From Desulfurobacterium sp. TC5-1 (GTDB lineage: Bacteria > Aquificota > Aquificia > Desulfurobacteriales > Desulfurobacteriaceae), in contig NZ_ATXC01000001.1 in the NCBI RefSeq assembly GCF_000421485.1, positions 891,087 to 923,086 of the forward strand: DNA of 32,000 nucleotides, given 5' to 3'. Positions 19,229 through 27,754 of the stretch are shown here, piece by piece (position 1 is the stretch's first letter; the number at the start of each line of letters is the position of its first letter). Under the pieces are notes generated by a model. It saw nothing but the letters and a program-made list of their open reading frames with translations. It did no database searches and was not told where the DNA came from. A program made the position numbers and the translations under genes.

Positions 19229-22200
19229 CAAACCTCTCCTTCGTTAACGGCAACCTCAACGCCAGCATCGGCAAATTTCAGAACATCCTTTAGACTATCT
19301 ATAATTGTCTGATAGTCCACTTTTCCCTCTTCAACCATATCCATCAACCTTTCAAGTTCTCTGGTAAAAGATTCACTAACGTAAGAACTAAAATTCTTTG
19401 AAAGATACCTATAAACCGTTTTTCCAAGAGAGGTTGGATATAGAAACTTTCCTTTTTCAACCACATAGTTTCTATCAAGAAGCGTTTGAACAATCTTTGC
19501 GTACGTTGATGGCCGACCGATACCTTTCCTCTTCATCTCCTCAACAAGCTCTCCCTGGGTAAAAGGATAAATAACCGGCACTTTTTTAACATTAACCTTT
19601 TTAACTTCAACTTCTCCTTCCTCCGATTCAAAAGGCATGTAAAGCAACGAAATTGGAAGGATAAGGTTCCAGCCATCTTTTAAAATCTTTCCATAAAACT
19701 CTTTTTCTTCACTCAAACCAGGCGGTTCAAGACTTAAAGTCAATCTAAAAACCTCAACGGTAAACGGAACCATTTGAGAAGCCATGAACCTCTTAAAAAT
19801 AAGGTCATAAAGCCTCACATGGTCTTCAGAAAGATTACCCCCTGTAACAGACATAGAGGCTCTGAGCGTATCAGCGGTCATCGGTCTGACAGGCCTGATA
19901 CACTCATGGGCACCACCTTCACCCCACTTTCTTGGTTTGAAAAATTCCTCACCGAACTTTTCCAAAATAAACTCCCTGGCAACTTCAATACCTGCAGAAG
20001 AAACCCTTACCGAATCTGTTCTGTGGTACGTTATGAAACCGCCTTCAAAAAGTTCCTGAGCAAGGGACATAACCTTCTCTGCAGAAAAATTAAGCTCAAA
20101 AGAAGCCGTTTTTATCATATCTCCCGTGTTAAAAGGCGGGGGCGGATTCTTATCTACCTTCTCTCTTTTCAACACCTTATATTTAAGCTTAAGACCGGGA
20201 GCATCTTTTAAATCAATTCCTTCAGCTAAAAATTCAAAGACACCCCTGTCAGAAAAAACTTCTAAAAAAGTCTTCTTCTCCCTGCTCTTTCTTTCCCTTT
20301 CTATAACCCAGCCTAAAACAGGCGTCTGAACCCTTCCAGCCGAAAGCCACTTCTTACCAAAGAATTTTTGAAGATTTTGGCTTAATGAAAACCCGACCCA
20401 TCTGTCGGCTATTCTCCTGACTATTTGAGCTTTCACAAGGTTTTCATCAATCTCCCTCGGCTTTGCCACAGCGTTATTGAAGGCCTTCCTTGTAATCTCA
20501 TGGAATTCAGCACGTTTTATGTTTTTTTGATAAGGTTTCAGAGAAAGGGCAACATCCCACCCTATCTTTTCCCCTTCTGTATCCGGGTCAGACGCAACAA
20601 AGATTTCGTCAACCTCAACGGCAAGTGACCTTAAAGCAGAAACAACTTCCATCTTATCAACGTCCATAGGCTTCCCACAGCGGGGACAGAACGGCTCCAC
20701 TCCTTGATAACCACAGCGAGAACACCGCTTTATTGTCCCGTAAACGGGAATAAACATTCCACCTTCTGAAACAACACCCCATACACCGTCCTTTATTGTC
20801 AGGTCAAAAATGTGACCTTTAGACGCGGTTATGATGAAAAGCCTGTCGCCAGCATTAACTTCGTAAGCATCAACACCGTTAATTCTTCTTCTTACAGGAT
20901 TGCCAAAAAATGACGCAATTGTTCTGGCCTTATGAGGTGATTCAACAACGACAAGAGTCGGTTTAACAAGCTCTCCCGCTTCTACCTTTATCCTTCCCTC
21001 AAGAATGGCTTTAACACGTTCCCTATCCCTGTCAACCTGTTCGAAGATTTTTTTAAGTTCTCCAACAGTAATTAGCCCGAAACCTTTCTTTAAAGCTATC
21101 TCTTTTCCTTTATCGGTTTCAAGCACTCTGAAATTGACATCTTCAAGGAAAAGAAGCAATCTCTTTCGCAAAGAGTTAAACGCTTTCATACTATCAACTA
21201 TAAGGAAGGAAACACCTTTTGTAAGACCACCGGCAAACATCCTTGACGTTCTGCCAGAAGCCTGAATATAACCGGCAGAATCGCCAACAACAAGAAACAG
21301 CCTTCCGTTTTCCTCTTCCAAAAACACCGAATCACTTTTCTTTATCTTTTCAATAAAATCTCTGTCAGAAAGCTTCCGCCTCAAATATTCCGCAATCTCT
21401 TCAACCTTCTTCTTAACAGATGGATAGTTGTCAAGTTTTTCCTCTGTAAGAGTGAGATACTTTTTTAAAAAAGGAAGATAGGCAGTCACTTTATCCTGTT
21501 CAAGAAATTCGCGACACACCAAAATGAAGGTAAATAGGCGGGACGGAGAAAGAGAAACCTCAAAGGGGAACTTCATCCTCGGGACACCTATGAAAACAGC
21601 ATACCTTACAGCGTCAGGTATGTCTATTCCCCTGGCAAGAGGATTTCTGTAACTTGCAATGCCAACAACTGCCTCTATACTACCCTTCCTGAACTCATCA
21701 AACCTGTCAACCGAAAAATCTTCATACGAAAGGGCTGAAATACCCTGCCGTCGAAAGTAAGAAACGACATCATCAACAAACTCCTTCCCATAAGCTTCAG
21801 AAACAAAAACAAAGACACCTTTCCCAAAAGTTTTAATAAGATCTAAAGCTTCATCTAAAGGAGAAGCTTCTGTGAAAACAGCCACGTCTTCAACGTTTCT
21901 CAGAGAAGTTCCTGTCTTTCCAACCTCAAAATCAAGAAGCTCTCTGAAAAGTTTTATCCTCCTTGAACGGGGAGATGCTGTAGCAGAAGAAACAACCAGA
22001 ACCGTTTTCACAGATTCTTTTAAAGGTTTCAACCTTCTTTCAAGGTAATTCAATCTCCTTAGGAGGCGCTCCTTAAATCTGTCAGAAGAAGCTGCAACAA
22101 GTTTTCGCTTAACATCAACAATTTCCATGGCAGTAGATAAAGCCTCTTCGCTAAACCCAACAACCCTCAAAACTTTATCTATGTTTCTTCCGCTCTTTAA

Positions 22201-22797
22201 AATAGAATCAACATCATCAATAAAAACAAACTCAAAACCCGAAGGGATCTGTTCCCAGTTTTTATAAAGAAAGTTCGTCGTAGTAATAAGAATCTCAAAA
22301 TCGCCGGAAAAGATCCTCTCTTTCTCTTTCTTCTTTCCTGTATAGGCTACAACTTCTCTATCTGTTATTTCTTTAACTCTTTCATAGACCTGCTGAACAA
22401 GAATACGCGTTGGAACGACAATGTAAGATTTACCTTTCAAAAAAGCGGCTGTTGTTATTCCCCATGTCGTTTTTCCAATACCGGTAGGTGCAATTAAAGA
22501 AAAGGAACGACCGAGGGCAACCCTTTTAGCCCAAGTAACCTGAAGCGACCAGGGAATAAAACCGGTTTTTTCTCTAAAGAAAGAGGCGAACTTTTCAGTA
22601 AAATGGAGAACGTCGCAGACAATTTTGAAATACTTAAGATTGCCCTTTTCTTTAAGTAATTCACATATTTTTTCCCGTGAATTTGGTTCATCAACATCTG
22701 AAAGGCACATCACACAGGGAAGCCCCATCTCTAATCTATCACTTCCTATATCCCCCTGACAGTTGGGGCAGAGATTATGAAAAATGGCCGTTTTCAC
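19228..22797 (-). CDS. rgy: Reverse gyrase
   Basis: N-terminal zinc finger CPNCQG...CVMC. SF2 helicase motifs APTGIGKTT and FIDDVDS. The C-terminal type IA topoisomerase has Toprim VVESPHKA and DPDTEGE and the active-site Tyr context GFITYHRTDS. I prefer GTG 22797, with GGGGAGG 5 nt upstream. The track start at TTG 22860 would translate through the sat terminator hairpin. Confidence 0.95.
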   Translation of the reverse strand: MKTAIFHNLCPNCQGDIGSDRLEMGLPCVMCLSDVDEPNSREKICELLKEKGNLKYFKIVCDVLHFTEKFASFFREKTGFIPWSLQVTWAKRVALGRSFSLIAPTGIGKTTWGITTAAFLKGKSYIVVPTRILVQQVYERVKEITDREVVAYTGKKKEKERIFSGDFEILITTTNFLYKNWEQIPSGFEFVFIDDVDSILKSGRNIDKVLRVVGFSEEALSTAMEIVDVKRKLVAASSDRFKERLLRRLNYLERRLKPLKESVKTVLVVSSATASPRSRRIKLFRELLDFEVGKTGTSLRNVEDVAVFTEASPLDEALDLIKTFGKGVFVFVSEAYGKEFVDDVVSYFRRQGISALSYEDFSVDRFDEFRKGSIEAVVGIASYRNPLARGIDIPDAVRYAVFIGVPRMKFPFEVSLSPSRLFTFILVCREFLEQDKVTAYLPFLKKYLTLTEEKLDNYPSVKKKVEEIAEYLRRKLSDRDFIEKIKKSDSVFLEEENGRLFLVVGDSAGYIQASGRTSRMFAGGLTKGVSFLIVDSMKAFNSLRKRLLLFLEDVNFRVLETDKGKEIALKKGFGLITVGELKKIFEQVDRDRERVKAILEGRIKVEAGELVKPTLVVVESPHKARTIASFFGNPVRRRINGVDAYEVNAGDRLFIITASKGHIFDLTIKDGVWGVVSEGGMFIPVYGTIKRCSRCGYQGVEPFCPRCGKPMDVDKMEVVSALRSLAVEVDEIFVASDPDTEGEKIGWDVALSLKPYQKNIKRAEFHEITRKAFNNAVAKPREIDENLVKAQIVRRIADRWVGFSLSQNLQKFFGKKWLSAGRVQTPVLGWVIERERKSREKKTFLEVFSDRGVFEFLAEGIDLKDAPGLKLKYKVLKREKVDKNPPPPFNTGDMIKTASFELNFSAEKVMSLAQELFEGGFITYHRTDSVRVSSAGIEVAREFILEKFGEEFFKPRKWGEGGAHECIRPVRPMTADTLRASMSVTGGNLSEDHVRLYDLIFKRFMASQMVPFTVEVFRLTLSLEPPGLSEEKEFYGKILKDGWNLILPISLLYMPFESEEGEVEVKKVNVKKVPVIYPFTQGELVEEMKRKGIGRPSTYAKIVQTLLDRNYVVEKGKFLYPTSLGKTVYRYLSKNFSSYVSESFTRELERLMDMVEEGKVDYQTIIDSLKDVLKFADAGVEVAVNEGEV

Positions 22798-22825
22798 GGA
22801 AACCTCCCCAAAAAAACATTGCTTT

Positions 22826-22831
22826 ATTATA
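22826..22831 (-). promoter_or_regulatory. Candidate -10 box (TATAAT) for the rgy transcript
   Basis: A perfect TATAAT on the minus strand sits directly after the T-tract of the sat terminator and about 29 nt upstream of GTG 22797. No convincing -35 was found; that position falls inside the hairpin. Confidence 0.3.
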
Positions 22832-22835
22832 AAAA

Positions 22836-22857
22836 AAGGCGGCTTAAAAGCCGCCTT
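22836..22857 (-). terminator. Rho-independent terminator of the sulfate-activation operon
   Basis: AAGGCGGC, TTTTAA, GCCGCCTT on the minus strand, followed directly by a T7 run. It lies 31 nt after the sat stop. Confidence 0.85.
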
Positions 22858-22888
22858 CAACCGCTTACAACCAAAAAGAGAGAGTATA

Positions 22889-24043
22889 TCAGGCGTTCGT
22901 AGCCCACTTTATGAGAACCTCAGCAACCTCAGGCCTTGAAAACTGCTTGGGCGGTTTCTTACCTTCCCTGAGCATTGCTCTAACCTTTGTCCCACTTAAA
23001 TGGATGTGATCCTCTTTGGAGTGGGGACATGTTTTTGCCGTTGCCATGTTCTCACATTTAACACAGTAAAAAGCGTGTTCAAACTTTAAAGGTTTGATAC
23101 CGAGTTCATCCACAAACTGTTCAACAAACTCCTGTGCTTCATAAGTGCCATAATAATCCCCGACACCTGCATGATCTCTACCTATTATCATGTGAGTACA
23201 GCCGTAATTCTTCCTCATAAGCATGTGGTGAACCGCCTCCCTCGGACCAGCATAGTGCATGGGCGCCGGAAGAACAGAAAGGTGAATGCGATTCTTATTA
23301 AAGTAATTCTCTATAAGAACCTCATAACACTGCATCCTAACAGGCGCAGGAATATCATCTTTCTTTGTTTCACCGACAAGTGGATGGATAAGTGCACCAT
23401 CCATCGTCTCAAGGGCACACTTTATTATGTACTCATGAGCTCTATGGATAGGATTCCTCGTCTGAAAAGCAACAACATTTTTCCAGCCTTTCTCTTCAAT
23501 AATCTTTCTCACAACAACAGGATCCTGATAGTAGCGTTCATCAATACCTTCTCTTACAGGTCTGTTCAAAAGCCTTACTATTTCACCACCGATAAACTTA
23601 TCACCTGCACTCTTTATAAAAGCAACACCAGGATGGTTCTCATCAGTAGTTTTAAAAACATTCTGACAGTAGAAGTCAAGGTCAAGAGTATATTTATCAT
23701 CAACAACCACAATGGCTATAGGTCTATTATGAACATCGTAAATGGCTATCTCATCACCCGGTTTCACGCTCTTCCAGAGTTCCTCCGGAACCGGGAGAAC
23801 AACAGGAATTGACCACAAAAGACCGTTGGGAAGATGAACATCTTTAATGACAGATTCAGCCTCTTCCTTAGTCATAAACCCTTCAAGCGGCGAATAGCCT
23901 CCTATCGCTATCATCTCACAGTGACCAACATATCTGTTTCCAGCAACAACCTTTGGTAAAGATTCAACTTTTTTTAGAAGCTCTTTTCTCTCTTCTGGTG
24001 TTGGCAGTTTGTTTATGAGCTCTCCTCCGTGCGGTACTATCAT
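22889..24043 (-). CDS. sat: Sulfate adenylyltransferase (ATP sulfurylase), homo-oligomeric type
   Basis: [11 protein letters not shown] (HxxH motif), the GRDHAGVG motif, and a size of 384 aa. Confidence 0.95.
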   Translation of the reverse strand: MIVPHGGELINKLPTPEERKELLKKVESLPKVVAGNRYVGHCEMIAIGGYSPLEGFMTKEEAESVIKDVHLPNGLLWSIPVVLPVPEELWKSVKPGDEIAIYDVHNRPIAIVVVDDKYTLDLDFYCQNVFKTTDENHPGVAFIKSAGDKFIGGEIVRLLNRPVREGIDERYYQDPVVVRKIIEEKGWKNVVAFQTRNPIHRAHEYIIKCALETMDGALIHPLVGETKKDDIPAPVRMQCYEVLIENYFNKNRIHLSVLPAPMHYAGPREAVHHMLMRKNYGCTHMIIGRDHAGVGDYYGTYEAQEFVEQFVDELGIKPLKFEHAFYCVKCENMATAKTCPHSKEDHIHLSGTKVRAMLREGKKPPKQFSRPEVAEVLIKWATNA

Positions 24044-24651
24044 CTATCTCCTCCCTTTATCAATCTTCTCTCTATCAGATAAGAAATTATTTTATCTGCA
24101 CACTCATCAATAGACTCCTTATCTGTTTCAACAACTATTTCAGGATTGAGAGGCTCCTCGTAAGGATCATCAATACCCGTGAAATTTTTGATTATCCCGG
24201 CCCTTGCCTTTTTATAAAGACCTTTCGGATCTCTACTTTCACACACCTCAAGAGGACACTTAACGTAAACCTCTATAAAATCACCTTCTCCTACCAGCCC
24301 TCTCACAAAATCTCTGTCTCTCCTGTAAGGGGAAATGAAAGCGGTAAGAACAACAACACCTGCATCAACAAAAAGCTTTGCAACTTCACCTATCCTGCGG
24401 ATATTCTCTCTTCTATCCTCTTCAGAAAATCCTAAATCCCTGTTCAAACCCATCCTCACATTATCACCATCAAGAACGTACGTGTGAACACCCATTTCGT
24501 AAAGTTTCTCTTCAACACGGTGAGAAAGTGTTGACTTTCCTGAACCTGAAAGTCCCGTAAACCAGAGTATAAAAGACTTATGACTCTTCATTTTCTCTCT
24601 ATCTTCCCGTGTAATACGTCCCTTATGGGGAATAATAAATTTCTGAGTCAC
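24040..24651 (-). CDS. cysC: Adenylylsulfate (APS) kinase
   Basis: P-loop [12 protein letters not shown], plus DGDNVR and FISPYR motifs. GTG start with an AGGAGGT SD. It overlaps sat by 4 nt. Confidence 0.95.
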   Translation of the reverse strand: MTQKFIIPHKGRITREDREKMKSHKSFILWFTGLSGSGKSTLSHRVEEKLYEMGVHTYVLDGDNVRMGLNRDLGFSEEDRRENIRRIGEVAKLFVDAGVVVLTAFISPYRRDRDFVRGLVGEGDFIEVYVKCPLEVCESRDPKGLYKKARAGIIKNFTGIDDPYEEPLNPEIVVETDKESIDECADKIISYLIERRLIKGGDR

Positions 24652-24670
24652 AACTACCTCCTAAAAACTT

Positions 24671-26431
24671 TTATAAAAACACCAGTTTCAACACGGCAAT
24701 TGTAACAAACATGTATATTAACGATAACGGAAAGCCGACTTTTAAAAAATCTCTAAAACGGTAGTTACCTGGACCATAGACTAAAAGGTTGGTCTGATAA
24801 CCTATTGGAGTTAAAAAACTGGCAGAAGCGGCAAACGCGACAGCTAAAACGAAAGCTTTAGGTTCAACAGAAAGTTTCCGGGCAACCGATACTGCTATTG
24901 GAAATGTTATGGAAGCTGCAGCAAGGTTTGTTATAAACTCCGTCAAAACGTTTGTTATAAGATAAATAACAAGTAATGCGGATGTTATTCCAAATGGAAC
25001 AGAAAAGGGAACAACAACATCTGCTATAGCCTGGGCAAGTCCCGTCCCAACCATCGCCTTACCAATTGCAATAGAAAGAGCTGCAATAATAATAATGTTA
25101 AGATCAAGGCTCCTTTTAATTTGACTGTAAGTGGCTATCCTGAAAACAACAAAAATAGAAATAAGAAACAACAACGATTCAAAAAGTGGAATTATTCTCA
25201 AAGCGGAAAGCAAAATTGCAATAAAAAAACCAACAAGAACAGGGAGGGCTTTTTTCTGATCAATGTTAACAATCTCTCTTACCCTGGAAATCACATAGAT
25301 ATCGTCAGAATCGGAAACCCTATCCCAGAAGTTTTTCCCGGCAAGAATCAAAAGAAGATCTCCCGGTTTTAAAACAATGTTTCCTATCTTACCTTTTAGC
25401 CTTTCACCATTCCTGTGAACAGCAACAATTGCCGCATCAAACCGCCCTCTGAAATTCGTCTCCTTTACCTTCTTACCAATGAGAGAAGAATTCTGTGGAA
25501 CAAGAGCTTCAACAAGCTCCACCTTATCGTCGCCAAAAGAACAGACAGGCGGTAATTTGAATCCATTCTCACCGTTAACAAGCTCAATTATTCTTTCTGT
25601 TTCGCCGGCAAAGATAAGAACATCGTTCTCCTTTATGACGTCTTTCGGTGAAACAGGTGTTATTCTCTCTTTTTCCCTTATAATTTCAACCAGGAAAAGC
25701 CCTTTAAGATTCCTTAACCTTGCCTCTTCAACCGTTTTACCGGCTATGTTGGAACCTTCCGGAACAATTGTCTCGACAAGATACTCTTTTTTCTTCTCAA
25801 GAAACGCAGATACGGCATCCTTTCTATCAGGAAGCAATCTGTGTCCCCAAATTAGCATATAAGCAATACCAGCCATAACAGCAGGAATACCCACATAGCT
25901 GAAATCAAAAATTTTAAGAGGCTTCAATCCCGCATTAACGGCAAGACCATTAACGACAAGGTTTGTTGAGGTACCTATAAGGGTAACCGTTCCTCCTAAA
26001 ATCGCAGCGTAAGAAAGGGGAATCAGCAATTTGGAAGGTGAAATTCCTTTCTTTTTTCCCCAATTATAGACGTAGGGAATTAACGCAGCAACTATCGGTG
26101 TATTGTTCAAAAATGCAGAAAAAAAGGAAACCGTTCCCATCAAACGTAAAAGAAATCTCTTATAAGAGAGACTCTCATCCATCAACCTGCTAAAAATGTA
26201 GCCAGTTATACGGAAGTTTTTAATTATAGAACTAACAACAAGTAAAAGCGCTATAAGGGCAATCTGTTCATTAGAAAATCCGGAAAGCGCCTGATGGGGC
26301 GTTAAGATTCCAACTACAACAAGGAAGGAAACAACTATGGTAAACGAAGCGGCCGGATGAAATGTTTCCTTATAAAGGAAAAAAATTAAAACGGCAATAG
26401 AGGCAAATAGGATTAACGCCTGAATACCCAT
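24671..26431 (-). CDS. SLC13/DASS-family anion permease with two central TrkA-C domains (putative sulfate or other anion transporter)
   Basis: Polytopic hydrophobic N- and C-terminal halves flank a soluble insert of about 170 aa with two repeats of the TrkA-C pattern (GKTVEEARLRN...VLIFAGE and GKKVKETNFRG...LLLILAG). It is the first gene of the cysC-sat operon. Confidence 0.8.
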   Translation of the reverse strand: MGIQALILFASIAVLIFFLYKETFHPAASFTIVVSFLVVVGILTPHQALSGFSNEQIALIALLLVVSSIIKNFRITGYIFSRLMDESLSYKRFLLRLMGTVSFFSAFLNNTPIVAALIPYVYNWGKKKGISPSKLLIPLSYAAILGGTVTLIGTSTNLVVNGLAVNAGLKPLKIFDFSYVGIPAVMAGIAYMLIWGHRLLPDRKDAVSAFLEKKKEYLVETIVPEGSNIAGKTVEEARLRNLKGLFLVEIIREKERITPVSPKDVIKENDVLIFAGETERIIELVNGENGFKLPPVCSFGDDKVELVEALVPQNSSLIGKKVKETNFRGRFDAAIVAVHRNGERLKGKIGNIVLKPGDLLLILAGKNFWDRVSDSDDIYVISRVREIVNIDQKKALPVLVGFFIAILLSALRIIPLFESLLFLISIFVVFRIATYSQIKRSLDLNIIIIAALSIAIGKAMVGTGLAQAIADVVVPFSVPFGITSALLVIYLITNVLTEFITNLAAASITFPIAVSVARKLSVEPKAFVLAVAFAASASFLTPIGYQTNLLVYGPGNYRFRDFLKVGFPLSLIYMFVTIAVLKLVFL

Positions 26432-26919
26432 AAATCTGTCTCCTGAACGCCAATTACCATTATTTTAATACATTAAAAGAAGTTCAGGGAATGCAATTAA
26501 AACATATTTGTAATGCTCATCATCTATTTGTCCCATCTTTACATCGTCATCGCTGGAAATATCCTCCTGCACGGAAATTCTCTCCCAGCCGCTTGCGGTG
26601 GAGCAATCCATTACCCGCAATCAAAACTTGAGATATTATCCTTGATCTTAGTTTTGTAGTCACTAAAACATCCTTTCTGACCTTCCAGGGAGACCTTTTC
26701 CAAATTGATATTTAAGGGAAAACTAATTTGTAACTAAAATTCCTTCAAACCTTGGCTCACGTTGATAAAGTAGCTCTATTAATTTCCCCTGAGGCAGAGT
26801 TCAACAGAATTGTTATATAAAGCTCCAGGAACATGAATTGGATATATTTAAGAACTGGGGAATGTGGAAACATAACAGGCTTTATGAAAAAGGAGATCTT
26901 ATAGAGGAGATACCGCTCA

Positions 26920-27216
26920 ATGAGGACATACAGAGAGAGAGTAGAGAAATACGAAGACTTCTTGAAAGGCTGGGTAGAGGAAGTTGAGCCTGAAAACCGG
27001 CTTAGTGTTTTAGCAGATCTTGAGGATTTTTGGTATTTTAGAGTAAAACTTGACGGAGAAGAAGTAAGGGCCATTGACAAAAAATACTTACCTAAGATTT
27101 ATGCCCGCATAGCAGAAAAGCAGCCTGAACTGCTTGACTATTTTTTGGACCTAATGAAACGCCTCGGCATTGACCTTACTATTTTTCAAGAATTTCCCGT
27201 TCAATCGCCACAGTAA
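26920..27216 (+). CDS. Hypothetical 98-aa protein (helical, acidic), no family recognised
   Basis: An ATG ORF with SD-like GAGGAG (26904..26909) 10 nt upstream. The composition looks protein-like (WVEEVEPENRLSVLADLEDFWYFRV...). The antisense ORF is low-complexity and was rejected. Confidence 0.45.
   Translation: MRTYRERVEKYEDFLKGWVEEVEPENRLSVLADLEDFWYFRVKLDGEEVRAIDKKYLPKIYARIAEKQPELLDYFLDLMKRLGIDLTIFQEFPVQSPQ
26932..26941. repeat. (AG)5 dinucleotide repeat at the junction of two overlapping open frames
   Basis: AGAGAGAGAG read directly from the sequence. It lies 12 nt into ORF 26920..27216 and inside the alternative open frame 26793..26987. Confidence 0.9.
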
Positions 27217-27276
27217 ACAGCATCTACTCCCGGCCAAGCCCAATTTCAAAGGGAATAAAAGAAGCCGGGAGCGTAT

Positions 27277-27567
27277 ATGGATATCCTGCCTATCTCTCCG
27301 GAAGTAGAAATAACCAAAGAATACATGGATCCTGTAATCGCCGTAACGTTTGAAAACGGCGTTGAACAGGTTCGCCAGCGCTGGAGCAGACCGAAAATCC
27401 TATTCAGGCTCAGCTTCTCCGCCCTATCTCAGGAGGAAAAAGAACAGCTTGAAGAATTTTTCTCCTCCCACAGATGTTCCGTCCCTTTCATATTCCAATA
27501 CGAAAGCAACAGGGCACTTCACTTTATTGTTGGCGCAGCTATTGGCATATGTTTCACTTTTATTTAG
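27277..27567 (+). CDS. Hypothetical 96-aa protein with a phage minor-tail (lambda gpM / DUF2460-like) motif pattern, possibly C-terminally truncated
   Basis: GGGAG SD 5 nt upstream of the ATG. The pattern VTFENGVEQ..R.RWSRP, ILFRLSF, S.EEKEQLEEFFSSH, then PFIF parallels the recalled gpM pattern VRFGDGYSQR, YSVTLS, REEATVLESFLEEH, then SFLW. The protein ends in a hydrophobic tail that looks non-native. Confidence 0.4.
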   Translation: MDILPISPEVEITKEYMDPVIAVTFENGVEQVRQRWSRPKILFRLSFSALSQEEKEQLEEFFSSHRCSVPFIFQYESNRALHFIVGAAIGICFTFI

Positions 27568-27623
27568 CCATCAATGGACATCTTCATGACACTTCTTGGC
27601 TGCTTAACTATTTTGATTGCAAA

Positions 27624-27653
27624 GTGAAATATCACGTGATATATCACGTTTTT
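27624..27653 (+). terminator. Two tandem 12-bp palindromes forming a 24-bp near-perfect palindrome plus a T5 run (terminator of the two small ORFs, or an operator)
   Basis: GTGAAATATCAC (27624..27635) and GTGATATATCAC (27636..27647) give a 10-bp stem with one A/A mismatch and an ACGT loop, followed by GTTTTT. It lies 56 nt after the ORF stop at 27567. Confidence 0.4.
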
Positions 27654-27737
27654 GGACACCATTCACGGAAAAACGGAACACCCTTTTTTATAAAACTCTA
27701 ATATTTATTGAAAGACTTTGGATTTTGGAAGAGTGAT

Positions 27738-27754
27738 ATGTAATTACATGTAAT
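27738..27754. repeat. 12-bp perfect palindrome overlapping a 7-nt direct repeat, about 50 nt beyond the tRNA-Asn 3' end
   Basis: ATGTAATTACAT (27738..27749). ATGTAAT occurs at 27738..27744 and again at 27748..27754. Confidence 0.6.

Noticed and set aside
23171-23812. 213-aa plus-strand ORF
   Set aside because: It is antisense to sat and has no recognisable motif. It is a shadow ORF.
25121-25862. Plus-strand ORFs of 83 and 127 aa
   Set aside because: They are antisense to the DASS permease gene, and their translations are low-complexity.
26757-27080. 107-aa minus-strand ORF in the tRNA-adjacent patch
   Set aside because: It is a Ser/Thr/Phe-rich, low-complexity translation with no SD, and it is antisense to the more protein-like plus-strand frames.
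27227-27235. Possible att-type direct repeat of the tRNA-Asn 3' half (CTCCCGGCC compared with CTCCCCGGGCCGGCC)
   Set aside because: Only about 9 nt of gapped similarity, which is within chance expectation. No longer copy of the tRNA 3' end was seen by eye anywhere in 26432..27802.
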